Positions 16,419 to 23,783 of a stretch of 64,000 bases of DNA are shown here, piece after piece. Origin of the DNA: Clostridia bacterium DTU025 (GTDB lineage Bacteria > Bacillota > DTU025); the NCBI GenBank assembly GCA_001513145.1, contig LFSP01000037.1:3163-67162 (forward strand), in the 5' to 3' direction. Below the pieces are notes generated by a model that did no database searches, was not told the origin of the DNA, and saw only the letters and a list, made by a program, of their open reading frames with translations. Numbering within the stretch: position 1 is the stretch's first letter; each line of letters starts with the position of its first letter. The position numbers and the translations under genes were made by a program.

Positions 16419-18821
16419 GTGATATCTGTGTCTAAGAGGATGAGCGCAGTTCTGGCCGTCTTCCTGGCCTTCGTGATCTCCGCCCCTGCCGTAGTGGCGC
16501 AGTCCGCCGTGGTGGACGTGCCACGCGACCACTGGGCGTACGATGCGGTCAACCTCATGATCAGCAAAGGGTACATGGAAGTATACGAATCAGGCAGGTT
16601 CTCCGGGGACGATCCGGTGAGCCGTTACCTCTTGGCCTTCGTGGTGGCGCGGCTCCTGCAGGACGTGGAGGCGGGCCGCACCGCCCTGAGCGAGGACGAC
16701 ATGCGCGTGCTGCGCGAGATCTCCACGACCCTCCGCGAACAGCTGGCGGTGGTCATCAGCCGCCTGTCAGAGCTGGAACGCATGGCGGCCGATGCGTCGG
16801 CTGAGGCGATCGCCGCCAAGGACAGCGCCGCCAGGGGCGCGCTGGACACGGCTGCGAAGTACGCGGAGCTGAAGGCGGCCATCGAAAGCCAGCGGGCCGA
16901 GCTTGACGCGCAGATCAAGGTGAACGCCGAGGCTGCCGACCAGAAGCTCTCGGTTCTCTTCGGCGACTTGAGGAACCAGCACGCGGACCTTAAGGATTCG
17001 CTGGGCCAGAGCATCGCCGCGCAGCAGGAGAAGCTCGCGGCGGTGGAGGCGTCGGCCCAGTCGGCGCTGGCGGCGGAGCGTTCCGCCCGGGCGGAGCTGG
17101 AGCAGAACCTGACGCTCTCGCTGAGCTCGCTCAAGAACGAACTGTCCGCGAGGATCGATTCGGTCTCCAGGGACCAGTCCACGCTGGGCTCCACGCTGAC
17201 ATCGCAGATCGCCGCGGTTAAGGCCGACCTGGATGCGGCGAAGGTGAAGCACGGCGAGGAGCTGGGCAGTCTCCAGGTGAGAATAGACGAAGTGACGTCG
17301 GCCGTCGTGGCGAACCGCGCCTGGGCGGAAGCCGCGATACAGGACGCGGTAACCAAGGAGGCTGCGGCCAGGGCCGCGCAGGACGAGAGCCTCGACAGGC
17401 GCCTGGCGAACATTGAAGCCGGGTTGGTTAGTGCAGCGCAGGCCACGGAATCGGAGGCCGCGGCGCGCACCGTGGGGCTTGAGGCTCTGAACCAGCGGGT
17501 GTCGGCGCTGGCTGTGGACCTGAGCACCACCAAGGGGCAGACGGCAAGTCAGATGGAGCAGCTGCGGCTGGCGCTGGATGCCGAATCGGCTGAGCGGGTG
17601 GAGTCGTACGCGGCACTGCTGGAAAGGCAGGACAAGATGCAGCAGGAGCTCGACGCCAAGGTTGCAGTGGCCATGGCCGAGGCTATGGCGGCGGCCCAGG
17701 CTGCCATGGGCGCGGTGGAGCTGGAGAAGGCGGCGCGCACGGCCGACGTGGATGATCTGGGGAAGAAGATCGACGCCGTGGCGCAGCAGCAGGCCGATGC
17801 CGAACAGCGGCTACAGGCCCAGGGCCGCGCGCTGAATGACGCCAAGGCGGAGCTCTCGGCGGCGTTGGCGGAGCTTGCGGCCAGGCAGGACCAGTCGCTG
17901 CAGGCTGCGACTTCGTCGGCGGCTCTGTCGGCGGCGGCGCTGAAGGAAGCGATAGAGAAGGGCCTTGCCGACGAGAAGGCTGCCCGCGAGGCGGCGATCG
18001 CGCAGGAGGCTGCACTGAGGCAGCAGCAGATCGAGGCCGAGGCGGCGGCCAGGCAGAAGCAGGCCGGCGAGATACTGGCTCAGCTCGCGGCGACGGCGGG
18101 CAGCGTGGCGGATCTGGATCGCAAGACCGCGGACGCCGATGCGGCGATCCTGGCTGCGATGGAGCTTGAGAAGGAGAGGCTGACGAAGACCAAGGAAGAG
18201 CTCGCGCAGCTTACGGACGTAGTCAACGAGCTGGATGCGCTGCTGGCTCAGACGCAGGCACAGCTGGACGCGCTGTCAAACAAGCATACCACCGATTACA
18301 ACCAGCAGAGGCAGGCCCTGGTTGATATGAGGGTCGCCATGGACCAGCTGTCCAAGCAGTTCGACGAGAAGCTGACGGCCAACGCAGCTCAGGACGCCAG
18401 GACGGCGGCCATGGCCCTCCAGAACTCCATCAACATTGAGGAGCTGGTGGAGGCGCTCAACGAGACCAGGGACGTCCTGAACCAGACCATGGCCGCCCTG
18501 GACAGCACGGACAAGGACGTGGAGGGTCTGGAGGAGAAGTACCGCGGCCTTGAGGAGAGGCTCGCTAGCATGGAGAAGATCCTGGAAGGCAGCCTTGACG
18601 AGCTGGCTGCGAGGTTCTCGGACGAGCTCATCGCCGAGCGCTGGGAGGCTGAGGCCCGCGAGATCAAGCTGCAGCAGAGGATAGAGGACCTCGAGAGGCG
18701 CGTGGAGCAGCTGGAGGCCGGAAGGGCGTCCACCGGTTCGCCGGGAACGCTGTGGGCGCTGCTGGGAGTGGCCGCGGCGGTGGCAGGCGTTGCTCTGCTG
18801 GCGGGAGCAGGTGCTCCGTGA
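16419..18821 (+). CDS. SLH-domain protein with a very long coiled coil and a C-terminal TM anchor
   Basis: Signal peptide, then SLH motif VPRDHWAYDAVNLMISKGYMEVYESGRFSGDDPVSRYLLAFVVARLL. About 650 aa of Ala/Glu/Gln/Leu-rich heptad-like sequence. Ends with LWALLGVAAAVAGVALLAGAGAP. Confidence 0.75.
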   Translation: MISVSKRMSAVLAVFLAFVISAPAVVAQSAVVDVPRDHWAYDAVNLMISKGYMEVYESGRFSGDDPVSRYLLAFVVARLLQDVEAGRTALSEDDMRVLREISTTLREQLAVVISRLSELERMAADASAEAIAAKDSAARGALDTAAKYAELKAAIESQRAELDAQIKVNAEAADQKLSVLFGDLRNQHADLKDSLGQSIAAQQEKLAAVEASAQSALAAERSARAELEQNLTLSLSSLKNELSARIDSVSRDQSTLGSTLTSQIAAVKADLDAAKVKHGEELGSLQVRIDEVTSAVVANRAWAEAAIQDAVTKEAAARAAQDESLDRRLANIEAGLVSAAQATESEAAARTVGLEALNQRVSALAVDLSTTKGQTASQMEQLRLALDAESAERVESYAALLERQDKMQQELDAKVAVAMAEAMAAAQAAMGAVELEKAARTADVDDLGKKIDAVAQQQADAEQRLQAQGRALNDAKAELSAALAELAARQDQSLQAATSSAALSAAALKEAIEKGLADEKAAREAAIAQEAALRQQQIEAEAAARQKQAGEILAQLAATAGSVADLDRKTADADAAILAAMELEKERLTKTKEELAQLTDVVNELDALLAQTQAQLDALSNKHTTDYNQQRQALVDMRVAMDQLSKQFDEKLTANAAQDARTAAMALQNSINIEELVEALNETRDVLNQTMAALDSTDKDVEGLEEKYRGLEERLASMEKILEGSLDELAARFSDELIAERWEAEAREIKLQQRIEDLERRVEQLEAGRASTGSPGTLWALLGVAAAVAGVALLAGAGAP

Positions 18822-19094
18822 TGCCCGTGACGCCCGTGATGGGCAAGGGTTGATGGGCCGGCTCGGTGGCGGCGAGGCGGCCCGGTGGCGCGTGACCGCG
18901 CCGTCCGTGGCCGGTTGCCGGTTGCCGGTGGCACGTCGCCCTAGTCCTGGTCCTAGCCGTCGCCCGCAGCCCGTAGGGGCGAGCTGACGCGAACTGGAGT
19001 ATGACGATATGGCGAGAGGATGAGCCGGAGCTCGGCCCTTTGCAGGGCGCGGAGCTCCGGCTCCCGACGTACCCGATCCGACTCGGTATCTGCT

Positions 19095-19487
19095 TTACTT
19101 GCCCTTCACGCCTATGGCTCCGCTGGCCAGGTCGACGCTGTGGCAGTGGGTGCAGTAGCCGTTGTAGCGGGTGATGAAGTGGTTGTCCTCTCCAGCGTAG
19201 TGAGCCGCATGCATGAGCTCGGCCATGTCGCCGCGCCTCTCATGGCAGGTGTAACAGCCCGCCAGGTCCGCCAGTCTCGACGCCGAGAACCTGCCGTGAG
19301 TCTCCTGGAGCATGGTGGCCATGGTGTGATCGCGGCCGTCCTCAGTTACCCTGTGGCACGACAGGCAGCCGTCAGGGCTGACATCCTCACCGACCAGACC
19401 AGGCAGTGTGGCCTGCGCCAGCGCGATCACCGACGCCGCGACCACCACAGCGGCAATGATTCCGATGACAATCGCCAGCTTCTTCAT
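19095..19487 (-). CDS. Membrane-anchored triheme c-type cytochrome
   Basis: Three CXXCH motifs (CLSCH, CYTCH, CTHCH). N-terminal anchor MKKLAIVIGIIAAVVVAASVIALA. AGGAGG RBS before ATG 19487; the upstream part of ORF 19095-19661 is not coding-like. Confidence 0.75.
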   Translation of the reverse strand: MKKLAIVIGIIAAVVVAASVIALAQATLPGLVGEDVSPDGCLSCHRVTEDGRDHTMATMLQETHGRFSASRLADLAGCYTCHERRGDMAELMHAAHYAGEDNHFITRYNGYCTHCHSVDLASGAIGVKGK

Positions 19488-19640
19488 GATCTGACCTCCT
19501 TCAACTGCGCAGTGCATAGCGTCGTGCGCCCGTCGCATACCTTTCGACCAGGCCCCCGCCAAGTCCTGCGAACCAGTCCAGCGAGCGAATGCCGAAAGTG
19601 TCACAGCAACGTCTTCGAATACCAATTCCTGCCGCAGCCC

Positions 19641-19671
19641 TGGCTGCTCAAGCCGACCCATGGGTAGGTCG
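19641..19671. repeat. Dispersed 31-nt repeat, copy A (TGGCTGCTCAAGCCGACC-ca-TGGGT-a-GGTCG)
   Basis: 28 of 31 nt identical to 35101-35131. Contains a CGACC/GGTCG hairpin. A related unit CCGACCTAGCGGTGGGTCA follows at 19685-19703. Confidence 0.8.
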
Positions 19672-19869
19672 TTGTCACGCGAAACCGACCTAGCGGTGGG
19701 TCACCCCCCGCAAGCTCCCTCCGCAAGGAGTCACGCGCTGTGCGGACCTCCCGATCACACACCGCATGTAGCTTGAGAAAGGTAAGGTGGGCGCAGCGGC
19801 GCCCGCCACCTCCCTCGACTTCCGCACCGGAGCCAAGGCGGAGACGGAGCACTTCCTGTGTAAACGGCC

Positions 19870-19909
19870 CATAGGTGGGTCGGTAGCGCTGAGAACCGAC
19901 CCACCCATG
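19870..19909. repeat. REP-like palindromic unit sharing the GGTGGGTCGG word
   Basis: CATAGGTGGGTCGG (19870-19883) and CCGACCCACCCATG (19896-19909) form a 14-bp inverted repeat with one mismatch and a 12-nt loop. Confidence 0.75.
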
Positions 19910-20097
19910 GACCGCCGCCACCGTCACCGCAACCACGACTGCAATTGTCACGCCCCTCGCTTCGCCACGCCTCGCCCTCGCTCTCCGCCGCCGGCGCCCA
20001 CACTCAGGCCCCGGGGTTTGCACCAACAGCGCTCCGAAGTCATAACCTATAGCGCTTCAAGCTTCAGGCGCGGCAACGCCGCAGGGAGGTAACGCTG

Positions 20098-20292
20098 ATG
20101 TCAGAGGAGTCCAACAACGGCTTCGTCGCCGACGTCCTGGTGGTTGCCGCCCTCATGGCAAATCTCTGGCTCACTGGCCGCAGGGACCACGAGGAAGCCT
20201 CAGATGGGGTCGTCTTCGGCACCGGGGGCAGCGGGGCCGTCAGCCCCGGCATGCGCCGGGCTCCGGACCAAGAGGGAGGTGGACTTACATGA
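20098..20292 (+). CDS. Small hypothetical protein (64 aa, one hydrophobic segment), first gene of the S8 protease operon
   Basis: GGGAGG RBS 8 nt before the ATG. Stop overlaps the protease start (ATGA). Hydrophobic stretch FVADVLVVAALMANLWL. Confidence 0.4.
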   Translation: MSEESNNGFVADVLVVAALMANLWLTGRRDHEEASDGVVFGTGGSGAVSPGMRRAPDQEGGGLT

Positions 20293-21476
20293 GCTCACGG
20301 AAGCGAGGCGTGATGTTCTCGGCGTCCGGCCGGCCAAGGCGTCAGCGCATAGTGGTGTTCGACGAGAGCGTGCCTCGCGAGAGATGGGTAGAGACCTTGG
20401 CCGGCTGCAGAGGGCATATTCTACGCGAGCTGCCCTTGCTCAACGCAGTTGTCGTACTGGTTGACGAAGACGAGGAGATGGACGTCCAGCATCTGATGAA
20501 TACCCGCGCCGGCGTGGCCAGGGTCGACGACGACATCGACATCCACCTGGTTGCAGAGCGCCCTCGCCCGCGCGGCCTCCTGATGCGCCTCGCCGCCCGC
20601 GGCGGTGACGAGGTTCCATGGGGCGTCGCCCGGCTTGGCCTCGACGGGCTGCCGTACACCGGCAAAGGCGTCCGCATCGCCGTCCTCGATACCGGGATCG
20701 ACGTGAACCATCCCGACCTGCGAACAGTGTCCAGGCAGGGGTTCAGCGTGATCGATGGGAAACGGCCCACCGCCGACGACAACGGCCATGGCACCCACGT
20801 GGCTGGAACCATCGCGGCCCAGCGCAACGGCATAGGCATAGTGGGGGTGGCGCCAGGCGCTACGGTCTACTCGGTGAAGGTTCTAGACGAGAAGGGTTCC
20901 GGCAAGCTATCAGGCCTTATCGAGGGCCTCAGCTGGTGCATCGACCACCGCATACGCGTGGCGAACCTCAGCCTCAGCTCGTCCACGGAGAACCAGACGT
21001 TCCGCGACGCCATAGCCGCAGCTCGTAAGGCAGGCATAACCCTGGTCTGCGCCGCCGGCAACAACGGCCCCGGCCCCAACACGGTGGGCTACCCGGCCAA
21101 GTTCCCGGAAGCAGTGGCCGTCGCAGCCACCGACGAGAACGATGAGATCGCCACTTTCTCCGCGCGCGGCAAGGAGATCACGGTGGCCGCTCCAGGGGTG
21201 AACATCAAGTCCACCTGGCCGAAACGCCGCTACAAGACCACCTCCGGCACTTCCATGGCCTCTCCCCACGTCACCGGCGTGGTGGCCCTCATGCTGGAGG
21301 CCGACCCGTCGCTCACGCCGTCGGAGATCAAGGCCGTCCTGCAGTCGACAGCCGCCAGGCTTCCCGACCTCAAGCCCGAGGAGCAGGGCGCAGGGATGAT
21401 CAACGCGGCCTCGGCCATCGAAAGAGTGGCGCGCAAGAGGTCAACTCCGTTGAGAAAGGAAGTGGTGGGCGCATGA
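20289..21476 (+). CDS. Subtilisin-family (S8) serine protease with an I9-like propeptide and no signal peptide
   Basis: Catalytic triad contexts VAVLDTGID, HGTHVAGTIAA and SGTSMASPHVTGVVAL. N-terminal region IVVFDESV...LPLLNAVVVLV...VARVDDD resembles an inhibitor propeptide. No N-terminal hydrophobic segment. Confidence 0.9.
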   Translation: MSSRKRGVMFSASGRPRRQRIVVFDESVPRERWVETLAGCRGHILRELPLLNAVVVLVDEDEEMDVQHLMNTRAGVARVDDDIDIHLVAERPRPRGLLMRLAARGGDEVPWGVARLGLDGLPYTGKGVRIAVLDTGIDVNHPDLRTVSRQGFSVIDGKRPTADDNGHGTHVAGTIAAQRNGIGIVGVAPGATVYSVKVLDEKGSGKLSGLIEGLSWCIDHRIRVANLSLSSSTENQTFRDAIAAARKAGITLVCAAGNNGPGPNTVGYPAKFPEAVAVAATDENDEIATFSARGKEITVAAPGVNIKSTWPKRRYKTTSGTSMASPHVTGVVALMLEADPSLTPSEIKAVLQSTAARLPDLKPEEQGAGMINAASAIERVARKRSTPLRKEVVGA

Positions 21477-22051
21477 GGCTGCCGACAGACCCGGAAAGCG
21501 TCGCGCTGATCAAGGCACTGCGGCCGTTCCTGAGCGAGAAGGGCCAGAGCGCCTGCGACGACCTGCTCGGCGCTGTGAACCTCATGAGCATCTTCGAGTC
21601 GTTGGGCGAAGTTGTCCGTGGGCAGCGGGGAAGGTCAGGGGAGCGACCGTTGGCGTTCCTCTCCAACCTCGCCCACATGGAGATCGATCCCAAGATCATT
21701 GCGAAGGCGGTGGATACCATGTTGAACGTGCCCCGTGGGCCTATCGAACCTGAACCCAACACCTTTGCCGGGATCCAGGCGACTCCGATGCCGTCGCCGC
21801 CCCCTGCCGGCTCGAACTCCGACGCGGCGCCGCAGATCCCGCCGGCCCCCATGCCGCCTGGGTTCAAACCGGAGGACATCGCCAGGATGGTGCAGGGGCT
21901 GATGGCCAGAGCTGCTCAGGACCCCGCGTTCGCCGCGATGATCGGATCCATTGCGCAGGACGGAATCCGCGGCAACATGTTGCCAAAGCTCATGGAGATG
22001 CTGGGGCCAGACTTCATGCAGGGAGGAAGCAACGATGACAGGTCTCGATAG
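21473..22051 (+). CDS. Hypothetical protein (192 aa, Pro-rich centre)
   Basis: ATGA overlap with the protease stop. Coding-like composition. No family recognised. Confidence 0.5.
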   Translation: MRLPTDPESVALIKALRPFLSEKGQSACDDLLGAVNLMSIFESLGEVVRGQRGRSGERPLAFLSNLAHMEIDPKIIAKAVDTMLNVPRGPIEPEPNTFAGIQATPMPSPPPAGSNSDAAPQIPPAPMPPGFKPEDIARMVQGLMARAAQDPAFAAMIGSIAQDGIRGNMLPKLMEMLGPDFMQGGSNDDRSR

Positions 22052-22139
22052 CATCTTCGGAGGCAACTCCACCTTCTCCAGGCTGCTTCCGTTGTTCATC
22101 CTGCTGATCGTATTCCTCTTTATAGAGTGGTGGTTTTGA
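22035..22139 (+). CDS. Tiny hydrophobic peptide (34 aa), possibly YjcZ / tiny-TM like
   Basis: MTGLDSIFGGNSTFSRLLPLFILLIVFLFIEWWF. GGGAGG RBS 8 nt before ATG 22035. Below the ORF-track size cutoff as an independent start. Confidence 0.4.
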   Translation: MTGLDSIFGGNSTFSRLLPLFILLIVFLFIEWWF

Positions 22140-22234
22140 TGGCGAACCTTCAGCGCGTTCTCGGGTTCCCCTGGTGGTGGTGGCTGGTAGCCGCAGTGAC
22201 AATAGCAGCGCTCGTATTCCTCTTTTTCTTGTAG
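22139..22234 (+). CDS. Tiny Trp-rich hydrophobic peptide (31 aa)
   Basis: MANLQRVLGFPWWWWLVAAVTIAALVFLFFL. Its ATG overlaps the preceding TGA (TGATG). Read by hand; not in the ORF track. Confidence 0.35.
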   Translation: MANLQRVLGFPWWWWLVAAVTIAALVFLFFL

Positions 22235-22418
22235 ACTGCACCTGCAGCATGCGTCCACGCATTCGCAGACGAGGGCAGGCCTCCCCGCAGACTTACAGCG
22301 GGCTGGCCTGTCTCGCGCCGTACGTACCGTAATGCTATAATGTCGATGTACGCTCGGGATAAGCGAGCCTCTTGGACAGAATAACCAGTGCCATCGATAC
22401 ACGGTTGGAGGACGTTTG

Positions 22419-23783
22419 ATGCAGAGGACGTGCAAGAAGGCCAGGGTGGTAGCCTTTGGCTGCCAGATGAACGAGAGGGACGCGGAGACCATAGCAGGCC
22501 TGCTCGCCGCCTGCGGCTACGAGGTCACGCCACTTGAGAGCCAGGAGGGCGACGAAAGGACCGTGCCCGACCTGGTGGTGTTCATAACGTGCTGCGTGCG
22601 GGAGAATGCCGAGAACCGCGCCCTGGGCAACGTGGCAGAGATGAAGCGGCTGAAGGAACGCAACCCCGGCATGATAATAGGCATCGCAGGCTGCATGGTT
22701 CAGCAGGAGGGCATCAGGGAGCACATCGTCAAGCGCATGCCCTGGGTGGACCTGGTCTTCGGAACACACAACATACATAACCTGCCGGCCCTCCTCTCCC
22801 GCGTGGAGATGGGGGAGAGGGTCATCGAGGTGCTGGAGGCTCCCGACGAGATGGTCGAGGACCTGCCGGCCATCAGGGCCTACCGGCACAAGGCCTTCGT
22901 CAACATCACCTTCGGGTGTGACAACTACTGTACCTACTGCATCGTGCCGTACGTGCGCGGCAGGGAGCGCTCCCGCGCAGTCGACGATATCCTCTCCGAG
23001 ATACGCCAGCTCGTGGCCGACGGCTGCCGCGAGGTCACCCTGCTGGGGCAGAACGTGAACGCCTACGGCAAGGGCCTTCCGCCGCTTCCCGACGGGACGC
23101 AGCCCAACTTCGCCACGCTGCTACGGGCAGTCAACGAGATTGACGGCCTGCACCGTATAAGGTTCACCACGTCCCATCCGCGCGACTTCACGTCGGAGAT
23201 GATAGAGGCCATCGCCGGTAGCCAGCGGGTCTGCCGCCACCTGCACCTTCCGCTTCAGGCCGGAAGCGACCGCGTTCTCGCCCGCATGGGCCGAGGCTAC
23301 ACCCTCCACCGCTACCTGGAGCTTCTGCGCGAGGTGCGCGAGAGCATGCCCGACGTGGCCATCACCACCGACCTGATGGTGGGCTTCCCCGGTGAGACGG
23401 AAGAGGACTTCCAGTGCACCCTCAAGGCCGTCGAGGCGGCCAGGTTCGATGCTGCATTTACCTTTGTATACTCGCCTCGACGGGGCACCCGCGCCGCCGA
23501 CATGCCGGATCAGGTGGACGAGGACGTCAAGGGCGACAGGATCAGGCGTCTGATCGAGGTTGTGAACAACGTGGCGGGCAGCGTCAACCAGGAGCTTGTG
23601 GGAACGGTTCAGGAAGTGATGGTGGACGGCCTTTCGGAGCGCGACCCGTCCATGATGGCCGGCAAGACCAGGCAGAACAAGACCGTCCACTGGCCTGCCC
23701 GACCCGGCCTGGAGCCGGGGCAGCTGGTGAACGTCATGATCCAGCAGGCCGGAGCCTTCACCCTCAGAGGAGTGGAAAGCTGA
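22419..23783 (+). CDS. miaB: tRNA (N6-isopentenyl adenosine(37)-C2)-methylthiotransferase
   Basis: UPF0004 N-terminal domain (VVAFGCQMNERDAE), radical SAM CDNYCTYC motif, C-terminal TRAM domain. Confidence 0.95.
   Translation: MQRTCKKARVVAFGCQMNERDAETIAGLLAACGYEVTPLESQEGDERTVPDLVVFITCCVRENAENRALGNVAEMKRLKERNPGMIIGIAGCMVQQEGIREHIVKRMPWVDLVFGTHNIHNLPALLSRVEMGERVIEVLEAPDEMVEDLPAIRAYRHKAFVNITFGCDNYCTYCIVPYVRGRERSRAVDDILSEIRQLVADGCREVTLLGQNVNAYGKGLPPLPDGTQPNFATLLRAVNEIDGLHRIRFTTSHPRDFTSEMIEAIAGSQRVCRHLHLPLQAGSDRVLARMGRGYTLHRYLELLREVRESMPDVAITTDLMVGFPGETEEDFQCTLKAVEAARFDAAFTFVYSPRRGTRAADMPDQVDEDVKGDRIRRLIEVVNNVAGSVNQELVGTVQEVMVDGLSERDPSMMAGKTRQNKTVHWPARPGLEPGQLVNVMIQQAGAFTLRGVES

Noticed and set aside
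18822-19094. Heptamer repeats (GCCGGTT x3) and a 12-bp palindrome GAGCCGGAGCTC...GAGCTCCGGCTC between the SLH and cytochrome genes
   Set aside because: Probably just a convergent-gene hairpin or terminator region. No recurrence elsewhere in the window and no further structure to interpret.
19601-20092. ORFs 19601-20026 (-) and 19787-20092 (+) in the 610-bp intergenic island
   Set aside because: No RBS, Arg/Pro-rich translation, and they span the palindromic repeat units. Treated as non-coding.
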